Below, one piece after another: positions 1 to 13,245 of a stretch of 64,000 nucleotides of DNA. Location: the NCBI RefSeq assembly GCF_009914755.1, contig NC_060941.1; one strand, given 5' to 3'. Positions within the stretch are counted from its first letter, which is position 1. Every line of letters begins with the position of its first letter. Source of the DNA: the human T2T-CHM13v2.0 reference genome, Homo sapiens. A program made the translations under genes and the position numbers. The notes under the pieces were generated by a model, which ran no database searches, was not told the DNA's origin, and was given only the letters and a program-made list of their open reading frames with translations.

Positions 1-1274
1 TCAAGATTTTAAAGCTGTAGATTCAAAGTCAAGAGCCCGGGTTTCTGGCCTAAGCCCTTGTTTGCTGTGTGGTTTTAGGGTAAGTCACTTCCTTAACCTT
101 CATTGGCTGCCATCTTCCCATCTGTAAAATGGGGACAGCAAATCTGACCTATCTCACCACTGGGTTTCCCTAAAGAGGACATGAGCTTCTGGCTCTGAAA
201 GAATTTGATTTAGGAAGTGCCATCATTTGTGAGGATGCTGATTGAGGTGGAGGGTGGCAATGAGGTGACTGGAAGAGAGTGAGGAATGGGAAAAGTGGTC
301 CTATGTCTGAGCTGACTTGTGGGACAAGAATGGAGGAAATAGGTAGAACCTGAGTCTCCTGCTTTTGAGCCCACGGCTCCTTCCACTGTACTTGATGCCA
401 ATACTCCCTACAATGAATCCATTGCTAAAAATGCTAGAGTTAGGTTACATTACTAGATGTAGAGTGCCCAGACCCAGGAAGAAGGCAGATAGCCTGGTCT
501 CTCTAATCAGGCAGGATCTATGGTGGGGGTCCATCCTGAGCCCCATGCTTTGGGCAGAGTAGTGACACATGGAAGCACATCCACAGAGGCGGCTCAGTGT
601 GGCACAGGAACTGGTAACCAAGCCCTCAAGATCTAGATAAGGGCATTGCAGGTGTTTCCACTGGAGAAGAGGTGACTCAGGGCTCATGAACCTGCCTGCC
701 CATCCAGAGCTCCTCCCATGGTCCCCACCTGGCTCCTTGCAGTCCAAGCCCCCAGAGGCCTGCCCACTTACTCCTCTGCTTCACTCTCACAGAGCTAGAT
801 AATTCAGGTATGAGGCCAGAATGGAGTTGTAGCCAGGGCCCTTAAGAAAATGTCCCAAGGATGTATCTCAGCCCCAACTTCACCTGCAAGGCAGGACCTA
901 CAGGCTCAATGAACTCTCTTGTTCCCAGATAATAGCTCTCCATTACCTACCAGAGGAGAGCCAAGGCCCCTTTCCAGGTAACCAATCCACTTCCTAAATT
1001 CACCCCCATCACAACACTTTCCCTCAGCCTCACTGTCTCATGTTTCCATGCTCAAGCTGTCCCTTTTTCCCAAAGGCGCTTCTCCCCCATCTTGTTCTGT
1101 TGAAAACCTCCCATCCTCCAAAGTCCTCTGGCATCAGAAAGGGTGGAATCTGAACCCAAGCCCTGTGACTTATTAACGCCATGACCTGGGGTTGCCCATT
1201 TAACTGCCCTGGCTTCAGTGTCTGCATCTGTTAAATGGGGATGGATGAAGATTCAAGGTGCGGTTTCAAATAGC

Positions 1275-1435
1275 CCTTCTTAAATACCAACATGCAAGCA
1301 ATCACCCTTGGATATCGTTGTCCAGCAGACATTGATTCAGTAGGTCTGGAGTAGGGCCCAAATGTGTGCATTTCTAACCAACTCCCAGGTGATGCTGCTG
1401 GTGCTGGCACACCTGGAGGAATGCGCATTTCAAAC
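1275..1435. mobile_element. MER5A-family (hAT-Charlie)
   Basis: TGATTCAGTAGGTCTGG...TGCATTTCTAACCAACTCCCAGGTGATGCTG core. Confidence 0.8.
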
Positions 1436-3584
1436 ACCTCATCTAATGACTCGCAAGTAGCGCTAGCTCCCTGGAGTTGCAGGAATGGAGGGGTGCAGCC
1501 AGGTGAATACGGGGCCCAGGATATCCCTGGGGACTCTGAGGCTGCTGGAGGCCTCTCCTCCCTTCCACCCAGCCTAGCAGTTTTTAAGTGTGCTAGTACC
1601 TTACTAGGGGATCCAATCCCACAACCCCAGCCTTTTAATAGAGATAAGTTTACCAAGAACCTCAAAGGTGACCTCAAAGGGACCTCCCTCCCAATAAATG
1701 TGAACTTTGAGAACAAAGGTGGCAGGACAGGGGGTCCCAGAAGGATAATCTGAATAAAGGTGGAGTGGGGTAGAAGGGTGGGCTCCCCAACTCTGCCTTG
1801 GCACTAGGGAAAGTGAGTTGAGGACATCACAGACCTGATGGTCAGCTCTGAGAACAGGCCCTTAGACCTCTGCTCACTCTTAGAGACTAGGCACCCCCAA
1901 ACTTGGGCTGAGCCTGCTACCCATTTGCATATCCTGCCAGCAGCCGTGGGGCCTCTGGATCCCAGATGGATCCTGGAATCAAATCCTGCCTCTGAGAGTC
2001 AGCCACCAACCCCCAGTGTGACCTGGGCCCAGGCACCACCCCTCTGGGCTCCCAGGCTCCTTGCTGTAACATTTGAGGTGGATTCCATGGTTTCTGAGCT
2101 TCTTCTCTGGGGCTGTAATCATTCGAATGGAGGCTAGAAGGAGGAGGGCATGCAGGGATAAAGTGACAGCGTGGGGGCATGGAGAACCAAAACACCCAAA
2201 GAGAAAAATTCTACTTGTAAACTATTAAATATAGAGTTACTTTGTCAGGAAACAGGGCACACAGCACCATAAAAATTAAAGTAATTTACTATGAAACTCC
2301 ATCCTGTTTTATTTTGTGTTATTCCCAAGCCAAAACTCCCAAGCTGACCTAAGTCAAGAATATCAACAGCACAGGCAGCAGCAGAGGAAGAAAAGAGAGC
2401 GCGTTCTCACCTTAGCACCATCTTGGGGCGACTCAACCCCACCTGTCTCCATGGAAACCAGGCAGAACCTGGTGGTCCAGGACTTGGCCAGAGAACCAGG
2501 GCCTTAGCGCCCTCTGTTGGGTGAAGCTGGACACAGCTTAGCCCAGGAGACAGCCCAGAGAGATGGGGGCCCCCATCCAGGCCAGGACAGGGTGGGGTTC
2601 AGCATCTCTGAAGGTTCTAAGCTGAGTCAGCCGCCCATCTCATGCCCTGCAAGCACAGCGAGGCTGGTCTCAGGTGCCACTGGTGGAGCAGAAAAAACTA
2701 AGGAGTCCCAGGGTTGCGATACTGCCCTACCTCTCACCAACTGGGAAATGCGGTAAGTTGCTGAAACTTTCTGGACCTTGGTTTTGTAAATTTCATCTGT
2801 AAAATAGGGATAGTTCCACTCAATTCACAGAGCTGTTGGGAGGAATAAATAAGAGCCTCTATGTCAGGTATCTGACCCTCCTGGGAGTTTAGCACCCTTA
2901 AGAAGTCCAGGCCCTTGAAACGGACCCAGACTCTCTGGGAGGAGGCTGCCTGCCCTGTGCACTCTGCACCCACCTCCCCCCACACTCATGCAGTGGCTCC
3001 TTGTCTGCTTTGCCTGGAGCATGAAGCCCCAACAGCAATGACAGTGGTGATAGCAGTAAACATTACCCAATTCTTCCTAGGTACACCTCTCATTTAGGTC
3101 GCACAACGGTCCTGATCCATGTGCATCCAGTGATGAAAGAGAGAGGTTGAGACCCTCCCAGGTCATACAGCAGCAAGCCAGGGGCTGGGCCTGCATGTGA
3201 GCCTAGATCTTTCTGCTCCCAAAGCTTGTGTACTTAACTACTACCCCAGACTTCCTCTCCTGTCATGGAAAGAATCCTGCCCAGAAAACCAGGGCTCCAA
3301 ATCCTAATCTCAGCATTGCCACTGGGAAACCACGTGACTTGGGCAAATAACTCACCCCTGGCCTCGGTTTCCCTGTCCATTACCAAAGGGGTGAAGAAGA
3401 TGATCTCTAGGGGCTCTTCTGGCTCTGATGTTGTGATTCCAGTGAGCCGATGGGGTGACAAGGAGTAAAGGCGAGGTTTGGTTCTCCCCAAAAAAAGTGA
3501 TGACTATGGCAGAGCAGTGACAGCCAAGCCATAGAAGGCCTCCCCAGTGGCCTAATGACCTCTGCTAATGACAGGCTTACACAT

Positions 3585-3644
3585 TGCCCCTGCTGTCTGT
3601 ATCTGTGTTGGTCATGCCCCTGCTGTCTGTATCTGTATTGGTCA
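3585..3644. repeat. 30-bp tandem duplication (2 copies, 1 mismatch)
   Basis: TGCCCCTGCTGTCTGTATCTGT(G/A)TTGGTCA x2. Confidence 0.95.
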
Positions 3645-4607
3645 CTGCTGCCTGACAGTGGCAAGTCCCCGCATAACCGCAGGGAACAGGAATCTCTGAT
3701 CCGGCTTTGGATAGAAAACTCTCACCTGCATGTTCTCGCTATCTTACTTTCCCACTTGCTACAGCTCCCCTGGGCTCCTGTGATCAAAGTGTCTTTCCAT
3801 AAGTCTCCCAGGGCTGGCACAGTCTGGTAGGAGGGGAGGAGACAGTGTGACAGACTCTGACTGAGCAGAGGGAAATCACAGGGAGGCCGCCAAGACATTC
3901 CTGCCCGCTTAGGCCAGAAGACATCACCTCCTCGTCCCCCTGGCCTGAGGAAGGCTGGAGGTAGTGCGGCAGGAGGCAACAATGAGAGGTAGGGAAAGGG
4001 GTGCAGCGTTCCTGGTCTTTAAAAATGAAGGCCACCACTCCCCTCCTGCCAGCAGATGTTGAACAGTGTGGTCCTGAAGAAGCATCCCAGCTGGCCTGGT
4101 TGTGAGATGCAGAAAGAGGATAACTCTCCCCAGCCCCCGCTGTTACCAAACCCCTCTGAGCCCTAGTTTTCATTAATCAAATGAGAATATAAGTACCCAC
4201 CTACCTTCTAGACTCACTGTGACAATGATAAAACACACATAAAGAACTTAACGGTGTCTGGTACAAAAGGCTCTACAAATAGCTGCTCCCATCCTTTCTT
4301 CCCCATCCTTTCTGTCCCCACATGGAGGTTCAAGCCCCTAATCTCTAAGAGGCAGTAACAATGTGTAGGCCCTACCTCTTAGGGTTGACAGAAAAATTAA
4401 CTAGCGACGCATGCTCATGGCACTCAAGCAAAGCCCCTCCTTCCCCTCCCGAGCCTCAGTTTCTGTGTCTGTAAACGAGAGCCAACAGCGCTCACTTCTC
4501 AAAGCTGCCGAGGGGACTGACAGAGGTGAACAGGCAGCATGTGGCGCATGCCTGGCACTTGGAAGGGGCCATCAGTACATGTGAGTCCCCCCACCCCAGC
4601 CCCGCCT

Positions 4608-4740
4608 GCTTGCTCAGGGCAGGACCTTGTCTGTTCATTGCCAGATACCATACTCAGAACAAGACCTGACACGTATCTATTTGTTGAATGAATAAATGCA
4701 TGGAGACCCATTGCACAGATGGGAAAATCTAGGCACAAGT
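4608..4740 (+). repeat. Arm A of a local inverted duplication (L2 3' end + MIR-like fragment); partner at 5612-5748
   Basis: About 88% identity to the reverse complement of 5612-5748 by manual alignment; both arms translate MHGDPLxRWExLGTSS on opposite strands in the ORF track. Confidence 0.88.
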
Positions 4741-5611
4741 TCTGGGGTTCCACATTTGGTCCATCATAGGATTTGCTGTTGGGAGTGGACAGCACCACAA
4801 GAGCAGCTGATGCTTGGTAATGTGCAGCCACTTACACCACTGATTGGCAGCCAGCTGTCCTCTCAGGAGCTCAGCAGGAGGGAGCTAGGTAGTGCCGTCC
4901 TTCAGCTGCCAAGGGTTATTATTGCACAGGGACCAAGAGGGTCAGGGCCTTTCTTTCCAGGCTAAGTGGTTGTGGGCCGGATGGGCAGGAGGGTAGAGGG
5001 CCAGGAGAGAGGGCCGTAGATCTCCTGCCTCCTGCATGGTGGCTGCTACAGTCACCGCTCAGATTCATCGGAAGGGCCCACTTCCGGCAGAAAAGCAGGC
5101 CGGTATATCTCCATCAGAGACTCCTGCTCAAGGGCAGCACCATAAATCCTGGGGTGGGAGTGAGCAAGCGAGCAGGCCAACCACTCCTTGGTGAGCATCT
5201 TTCCTCCTGGGGCCTGGGTGCTCTGCACGAGGTGGGCACGGAAGCCCGTGCAGGAAGCATAATCTGCAGTTCTGCATCTGATCCATCAATAACACCAGGA
5301 GAAGAGCCTTCCTCCTGCTCCAAGCAGGCGGAGACAACTGCCTGTTTCTCACCTCCCCCTGAAGTCAGGAGTTTAACGCTCCCCCAGGACCAGGATCTCT
5401 CTCACTTCCTGCGATGCTTCTGCAGCTGCTCGCCTGTGTTCACCAGCTCAGCCGACCCTTCCCAGCCCAGGCTGCTGAGGAGAGAAAGGAGTACTCTGGC
5501 ACCACACAAGAGGGAGGGGTGGGTGGGAAAGGAAGGATGGGAGCCAAAGCAAGGAAGAAGAGGTGGGCGGGGCTGGAGGCCTAGAGCCACAGACTCCTCA
5601 GCCAGCAAGCT

Positions 5612-5748
5612 ACTTGTGCCTAGATGTTCCCATCTGTACAATGGGTCTCCATGCATGCATTTATTCATTCCACAAATATTTATGGGTCAGAATCTTGTTC
5701 TGAATGTTATATCTAGCAATGAATAGCAAGATCCTTCCCTGAGCAAGC
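5612..5748 (-). repeat. Arm B of the local inverted duplication; continues into a longer L2
   Basis: See arm A; the terminal 45 bp match 43/45. Confidence 0.88.
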
Positions 5749-6290
5749 TTGCATTCCAGTGAAGGAGACCAGCAGTGTCAAGGTAAACAGGTAGAGAAAC
5801 TAGATTATTTCTGATAATAACTATGCAGAAAATTGGAGGAGTGTTGGAAGAGAGGGTGGCTGGGGTGAGGATACTACATAAGCTAGGAGTTCAGGGAAAA
5901 TCTGAATAAGTGGCATTCGAGCTATGGTCTCAGTGATAAAGAATGACCAAGCAAGGAGATGAAGGGAGTGTGTTCCTGGCAGAGAGAATAGCAATACTAA
6001 GTCTTGAAGCAGAAAGGAGCTTAGCTTGTTCAGGCAGAATGGAAACCAGTGTCACTGAAATGTGGGAGGTGGGTGTCTAGGAAATGGGGTTAGTGAGGAA
6101 GGCAGAGGCACATAATGCAGGGCCTTGTAGACCATAGGCTGCAAAAGGGCTGTGGATTTCACTTACAATGGAAACACATTGGAGGGTTTTGAGCCAGGGA
6201 CATGCTCTGATTTAAATCTGATGCAGCCTCCTGGAGCTGCTTTGTAGAGAGTAATTTGAAGAGGGCAGGAGTGGAAGCCCTAGGTAAGGA
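5640..6290 (-). mobile_element. L2 LINE fragment including the 3' end
   Basis: CATTTATTCATT..ACAAATATTTA tail, GTGTTCCTGGCAGAGAGAATAGCAA, GCAGGGCCTTGTAGACCAT. Confidence 0.8.
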
Positions 6291-6744
6291 ATGAGGCCCC
6301 ATAATAGTTATAAATATTTGACCTAAATGAGCTTAGAAAGGAGGCAGGTAAAATGCAGCATTAAAAGGGCAGATTCAACAAAGATAAGCCAAAGAGCCAA
6401 TGCCATGCCAACCCTGGTAGGCCAACCTTCTCGTGTTTAGTTGACAATCCAGCAAACATTTATCTAGCATCTTCTGTATGCCAGGTGACGGGGAATCAGA
6501 CATAAGGAAGATGTCCTCAAGGAGGTCTCAGACTAGTGGGGGAGACAGGCAAGGAGACAAATGACTTCAGGCAGAGGCTGCAAGTGGCCCCCTTAACCAG
6601 AGAGATGGCGGGGAGGCTTCCCAGAGGAGGTTACCTCTAGCATTTTCAGGAAGAGAGGAGGTTAAGACAAATATGACATGTAGTAGGGAAGTCTCAGACA
6701 CAGATCCCAGGCCAGGTTGAATGGCCAAAACCTGGACTCCAGCC

Positions 6745-6981
6745 CATGTGGAGAGGAACTGAGGCCCCCAGCAGGAAACCAGCATCAACATCCAGACAGA
6801 TTCCAGCCCCTGGTCCTTGAATGGTCCATCTGAGACCCCAGATATCATAGGGTAGAGAAAAGTCCTCCCCACTGTGCCTTGACCCAACTCCTGACCCATA
6901 GACTCTGGGAGCATAATGAATGGTTGTTTTACACCACTCTGTGTTGGGGTAATTTGTGACACAGGCAGAGTAACTAGCACA
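6745..6981 (+). mobile_element. MLT1 (G/H-like) LTR 3' part
   Basis: GAGGAACTGAGGCCCCCAGC...CTCCTGACCCATAGA...GGTTGTTTTACACCACT...GGGGTAATTTGTGAC. Confidence 0.75.
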
Positions 6982-7050
6982 GCTCCCCAATGCCAGCTCT
7001 TATTATTAAGTCCAAGCTCTTCAAACTTACTGGGCCCTCCATGACCTGGG

Positions 7051-7113
7051 CTCCTCTCTCCTCTCCTCTCCTCTCCTCTCCTCTCCTCTCCTCTCCTCTC
7101 CTCTCCTCTCCTC
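7051..7113. repeat. (CTCTC)n pentanucleotide microsatellite
   Basis: Read directly. Confidence 0.95.
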
Positions 7114-8147
7114 CCACAGCCTTTGCTTCTGCAGATGAAATGCCTTAAATTCTGGATCACAGCAGGCTCCACACTTAAGGTGGGCTCTCCCTGTTTCCCA
7201 GAACACTCCTTACTCCTCAACGGCGCTGGCTAACTATGCCACCAGGTCTCACCGAAGACCCCATCTTCCTCAGGCAATGAGTGCCCTTCTCATATGCGCT
7301 CAGGATACCCTCTGACCCCAAACACAGTAGTTATCACTCACGCTGAGACCATTGCCTGTCCTCGTGTCCATCTGCCTCCCTTGACCAGAACCTCTGTAAG
7401 GGCAACCACGTTGTTGTCCCTTTCATTGTTTAGTCCCCCAACACAATGTCTGGCACAAATGTGTTGAACAAATGCACAGTTGAATATATGAGTGAATTCT
7501 TCCTCAACAGGAGCAACGAAGGGCACGCCAGGCATTTCTTGAGCCCCTTCTATGTGTGGAGCACTGCTGGGTGCACAGTAAGTGCTGTCAATGAGGAAAG
7601 AAGCCAGCTCTAGGGCAATCGGAAGGACAGCTCTCATCCATTGGGGCTTCCCAGAGGAGGTGGCATTGGAGCTGGGCCTGGGACTGCTGGGCCTGTCCAA
7701 CGATGGACAGGATTTTGACAGGCAGGCAGGGAGGGAAACAGCACAGTCAAGGGAAACAAAATGAACTGCCTGGATAAAGTCTAAAGCAGCACAACCCAAC
7801 ATGCCAATCCACAGATCACACTTTGAGTAGCACCGGTCTCAGTAGAGAGACCAGGACCCAGAAATGGCCAAGGCATCTTGATAGAGGAAAAGTTGACCCC
7901 ACAAGGGAGAAGTCAACCTGTGTGCCGGTATCCAGTCCCTGAGGAAATGCAGAAGAAAGGTGTTTGGAGCTGGGGATGGGGAGCATATTAGGGCAGAGTC
8001 AGAGTCTCCAAGGCAGAATAGCCAGGCAGAGATGCCCTACTCAGAGGCCACAGGCCCCAGATAAGACAAAGCATAAAGCTGCCCTCTGTGTGCACTGTGC
8101 GTAAGCAACCAGTTCCTCAGTGATTCCCGTCATTCGCAGGCTGGTGC

Positions 8148-8322
8148 GATGTCTCCTAACCTTTTTGCAACAATAGACCACTTCGAAGACTCTGTTAGCG
8201 CTGTGGACCCTCCCTCTGAAATATTTCCACGTATCCGTGCACTGACATGTTGACCTACAATTTCAGAAGTTCATAGACTTTCACCGTCCCCCCTACCCCT
8301 GCAGTTAAGAACCCTGGTCTAA
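8148..8322. mobile_element. MER117-like hAT element
   Basis: CTGTGGACCCTCCCTCTGAAA...TACAATTTCAGAAGTTCATAGAC...AGTTAAGAACCCTGGTCTA. Confidence 0.6.
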
Positions 8323-9624
8323 TGTACCGAGAAGCTCCTTGGACAATGTGTGGGAGCCCCTAATTCCAGGATCACTAGAGTCAAGCAGGGAAGGCACACC
8401 TCAAGAAAGATCTGAAGGCATGTGGGGCTGGAAAAGCAGGAAGGGGAGCTGATTCAAACTCTGCCTAAAGGCAGGGCAGAGGCTGGGAGAGGCAGCCAGC
8501 CAGGAAGTGAGGTGGGAGGGAGGAATTAGGCATCTGTGGGCTGGGGGGTTAAAGCCATGGAGAGGGGATGCGGCTGGTGAGGCTGAGGCAACCCCAGGGG
8601 AGGGTGGCTGATATTTGGTTCCCAGGCAAGGGGAGATCTAGGGAGAGATCCGGGCACCAGGTGTCTCAGCCTTAGCTTCCCCATTTGTGAAATGGGAAAA
8701 TACTCCTCTTACCTGCTTCCTCCCCAGTGGATTCCAGTGAGGAGGGCTTCAGTAAAGCCCATCCGGCACCCTGGGTCCCTCAGAGAGGAGCCCTGGATTA
8801 ATGTGAAGATTATGCTCATTATAAGGAATCTGCTGTAATGCCCAGGAAGCAGGAGGCATGTGAAGCATCCAGCCTTCCAGGGAGAGAGATAACAGCCAGA
8901 CCGATAATGCCGGCAGAGGAGGATGGAGAGCATCCAGAGGGTTTTTATGGAGATAGGAGGGAAGAAAGCAGCCGACTATGCAGAGGGGGCAGGAAGCTGA
9001 GGGGAGGAAGTAAGACAAGGAGATAGTTGGAGTATTCCACATCTAACACTGGTTCCTGCCCCTCTGAGGACCTTGGAAGTTGGGGAGCAGCCCCCCTAGC
9101 CCCACACCCCAACTCTGCCTCTTGCTTACCCCATGGCCCCCACCCAGCCCCTTAGCCTCTATGAGTCTCAAAGAAAGGGGGTTACTTGGTGGTGCTCAGG
9201 ACACATGGGCACCCCCTATTCCAAGAACATGTTGCTCCCTGCCTCCTGCCTGCAGGGAACACAGACCTAAGGCCTTCGTGCCACTCTGCCAGGTCTACAG
9301 ATGAAGAAACTGAGGCACAGAGACATCAAAGAGAGTGTCCAACTTGAGAGCTCAGGTCTCACTGTGTTATTCTGGGGTCTGGGGTAGGTGGCTGAGGCTG
9401 GAAGAGAGAAACTGGAACATCCTGGCCTAAGGGGAGGACCCTTCTTACAGGAAGAGCTGGCCTGGGGCTCATGGAGTAGGCAGCCCTCTGGCTAGGCCTG
9501 GAAGGAGGAGTGGGGCTGGAGGTGGAAGCAGCAAGTGTGGGGGTCAGGGACATTGAAGGCAGCAGGCAGCAGAGCCTGAGCTAGGCTGAGAGGAGACACG
9601 AGGTTATTAATCATTTATAACAGC

Positions 9625-9820
9625 TGTAATTAATTGAGAACCTACTATGCGCCAGACACTTGACTTACAGAAGGTGTCCCACTGAATCCACACAACGGCT
9701 GTATGAGAAGGACTCATTAGCTCTTTTGACAGGCAGTCAGAGAGGTTAAGTGACTTGCCTCTAGTCACCCAGCCAGGAAGTGGAAGCCAGGATTTGAACA
9801 AGGTGTGTCTACTGCTTTTC
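9625..9820 (-). mobile_element. MIR SINE (representative; many more MIR copies across the window)
   Basis: CAGAGAGGTTAAGTGACTTGCC...GTCACCCAGC..GGAAGTGGAAGCCAGGATTTGAAC core. Confidence 0.85.
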
Positions 9821-11077
9821 TCACTGTCTACACTGCCTCTCTGAGCATCTATTTATGTTCCCACCCACATCTAGGGTGGTTGGGATTTAGGTACTCAGTA
9901 AGTGGCAACCACAGGAGGGTCCAATTCCCACTGTGGGGAGGAGAGCAGGTGTCAGTGCCTCTGAGGCCTTAATAAACAAGCCCATGTGTCTCAGGAAGGC
10001 CCCTGCAAGCAGGAGCTGGAGAGCAGGGCATTCCCCTGCTTTGGCCCCGGAAGACTGCCTGTTTTGTCCCTCAGTCAGTCATCAGACATCATTGGGTCTC
10101 TGGCCTCTCCATGCCCCAGAATGCCCGGCAGCATTGGCTTTGCTTCACATGTTAATTTTTTGATCTGATAAAAGATATTTGTCTCCCAGCCGCTTCTCTT
10201 TTCTACTAGAGAGGGGCATTTCCTGAATTCCGACCCTCAGGGAGACAAACACCGTTAAAAAATCATCAGCCTTCAAACAAGGCTCAGAGACACAGGGCTG
10301 GAGCCTGTCGCCTGGCTCTGAGCTGCGTGTTAGATTCCTGAGCATAGCCCCCAGCTCCACGTGGGGTGGCTGACATTCCTTGGGTTTCTCTCCACCCTCC
10401 CTGCTGCCCACAGCCGGGAGGTCCCTGAGCTCTGCCTGTTCTCATCCCGGTCCACTGCCCCTTCTGGGGACCTTGGCATCTCCTGGCTGTACACTGGCCA
10501 TCCTGCCCGCATGACTGGCCCCCACACCAGCTTCCTGTACTTATACATTGGTTACTTGGTTCATTCAACTCCTACTGCGTGCCAGGACCTACTATGTGCT
10601 AGCACCACTGCTAATCCCTGCCTACTGGAGTGAAAAACATAGTTCCTGCTTTCTAGGAGCTTACAGGGTAGTGGAGGCGGGATGGTGGGTTTCGGGGGGG
10701 TTGGGAGGGGGACCATGAGACTCCACGAACTTGGGAATGAACCCTTTCAGGGAGGGGTGGTGAAGCTTAGGGTGAGGTAGGTCCGGTGCTGTAGGAGGAA
10801 AAGGGCGGCGCAGCTGCTGCCACAGAACGGGTCCCAGCACAGGGGAGGCATGAGTTCAGCCTTAAAGGACGAATAGGAGTCAGCCACCTGGGCTTTGCCC
10901 CTCCCTGTTTTCCATCTGTCAAAATTCTAACTAAAAGGCCCAACTTAAAAACCCTTTCCCCACCACACATGCTTCCACTCTTATGAGTACTCAGTAAATG
11001 TTGCAGGCAAGGTCCTTCCCTAGGCCCCTGCTGACTGTGCAGGGTCCGCTTAGGGCCTCCCTTCCCCGGGTGGTAAG

Positions 11078-11135
11078 AACAGCGCCCCCTAAAGTTCTGC
11101 AGTGCACAACCTGCACAGCTACACAGGATGGCCCT
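11078..11135. mobile_element. MER91 fragment (hAT-Tip100)
   Basis: GCGCCCCCTAAAGTTCTGCAGTGCACAACCTGCACAGCTACACAGGATGGCCCT resembles the MER91 terminus. Confidence 0.7.
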
Positions 11136-13059
11136 TAGGCTATCGGTGATTTTCTTCCTCAGCATCAGCCCTGCCTGCTTTCACACAGCAGAATATCAAA
11201 TCCGTCCTCACCTTGCTCGACTCTGCTGCCCATCCACCACTCTGTCCATTTCCACCTGCCTCACAGGCCCCTCTCCTTCCTTGAAACCTTACCTCTGCTT
11301 TCAATGGCTTCTGCTGACGTGGCAAACCACGTTTAAAGTGACCACGGCCATAGTCCTGTCCCATCTGTGTTCTCAGAATCCTCCTCTGAGCATCGTTTTA
11401 AGAAATATATCGATTCATGGAATTAGGGAGTGTCAGCATGTGTGCATGGACTACAAATGGAAAAGGGAAGTCACGTCATTGACCATATACTGTGTGCAAG
11501 CCACCGTGCTAGCTGCTTCACATATCTAGATAGAGGCTATTTTAAGTGAAAAGAAGAAAATTATCTCAGCCTTTTAGGATGGAATGGAAGGGAGCCAAAG
11601 CTGGAGGCATTTGCTGAATGCACACATTGAATACATATATGACAAAGCGCTTCAAGTTCCATTTTCTCCCTTCCTGAAACTCCTTCTGTACATATAATGC
11701 CCTTTGGTCTATCATGATAGTGTAGATGAGTGTGAACTGAAACAGACAAATGAGGGCTTGAGACTGTCTTCCTAAGAGTGGGAATTGAGCCCATCATTTC
11801 AGCTCTCTAGGCCTCAACTTCTTCATCGATGCTGTAAAGGTAACACTAGAAGCACCTCGCAGGCTCACCAGGATTTACTGGGCAACCCCACACCAAGTGT
11901 TTAACATGCTGCCGGTCACATATTAAGCAATACACATGAGCTACTCTTACTGTTGCCGTCATTGTTGAGATGCCAGCTTCTTTCCTTGTTGGAGTCTCCA
12001 TGCCTGCTCAGTGTACATTTGAGTGATGAGGATGAGGATGGCAGGAGCTGCACCAGCCCCATTCCCATGCCCATCTCCATGGGTCCAAGCAATCCAGCAA
12101 GTGGGAGTCAGGGGGCAGCCCTGAGAGAGGTATCCTGGAAAGCACTAGTTGGGGCACTGGTTCTGCCAAGTCCACTTTTCTGGGAGCCACTGTCACCACA
12201 CGAGGGTGCGAGAAATAAACCAGGAGTATGCATACAGCTCCCCAAAGGGTGCTGAGAGGCCGAGAAGGTTGATGTTTTCCAAGTGATTTGAGATTGTCAA
12301 GTAAAATCCCCTATGTAAATATGATTCCCTAATGGATTCATGGCAGCAAGGGAGATGTCGTTCAACTGACTATTTAACAAAGCTGTTTAAAGAGAGAGAG
12401 ATGGTGGAGATCATGTTTTATGTATTAGATGTGAAAAAATTCTCTTTAAAATTTGTCTCAGTCATCTGAACGCTGGAGTTCCGATAAAGACCCAAGTTTT
12501 ATGATAGATGTTTTACAAGGATGCACACCTTCTCTGGCCTTCTCTGGCATCACCCCACCCTCCACTTCCTTCCCTGATCAAATCCTCAAGAGATACATTT
12601 AATCCTCCCCCATTCCCAAAATGTTCTAAGGCAAATATGCAATATCATTTTTCAAGTGTGCATTAATAATGCAAGCTTTACACCAAGTTTTCAAACTGGA
12701 TTGGCATCCTGGGCCGATGTAGAAATGTCTGGGTCAAATATACTTTAAAGAAAAATTTCTTTAATTAGTTTCTTTTGAACGTTACACAAAGGCCTTGCCT
12801 GATAGCGAGGCAATTTATTGCCATCTTGACATTGCCTCCGTGTTTATCAGTTAAATGATTCTATTGCATTGAAAATAGGACATCTTAGCTCTGAAGGACC
12901 TTGCAGACTTGTGTACTTACTATCCTTCTCCTTGTCTGCTTTTGAGAAGGCTCTGGGCATTGTTCTCTCTGGTTTGAAGGTGAAAGGGTGGTCAGCCTGG
13001 CCTGGAGATCAAAGTCATTTGGCCAACATTATAGAACAAGGAGAAGCCAGAGTTAGATG

Positions 13060-13245
13060 AATAACTCAAATCTCCCTGTATGATCCTGGCAAATTGCTCT
13101 ATCACCCCAGACTGAGTTTTCTCATCTCTGAAACGGGTGTAATGATGATATCTCCTTGATAAAGTTGTTGTGAGGATTAAATAAGATCATGAATGTCAAG
13201 TGCCTATCACATAGTAAATGCTCAATAAACTTTAGCAATTATGAT
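13060..13245 (+). mobile_element. MIR SINE
   Basis: AGTTTTCTCATCTCTGAAA...GTTGTTGTGAGGATTAAATAAGAT...CACATAGTAAATGCTCAATAAA. Confidence 0.82.

Noticed and set aside
5154-5726. 190-aa plus-strand ORF
   Set aside because: Non-ATG start, ends in MIR/L2 sequence, no recognisable homology; chance ORF.
6567-7220. 217-aa minus-strand ORF
   Set aside because: Runs through the (CTCTC)n microsatellite and an MLT1 LTR; no domain.
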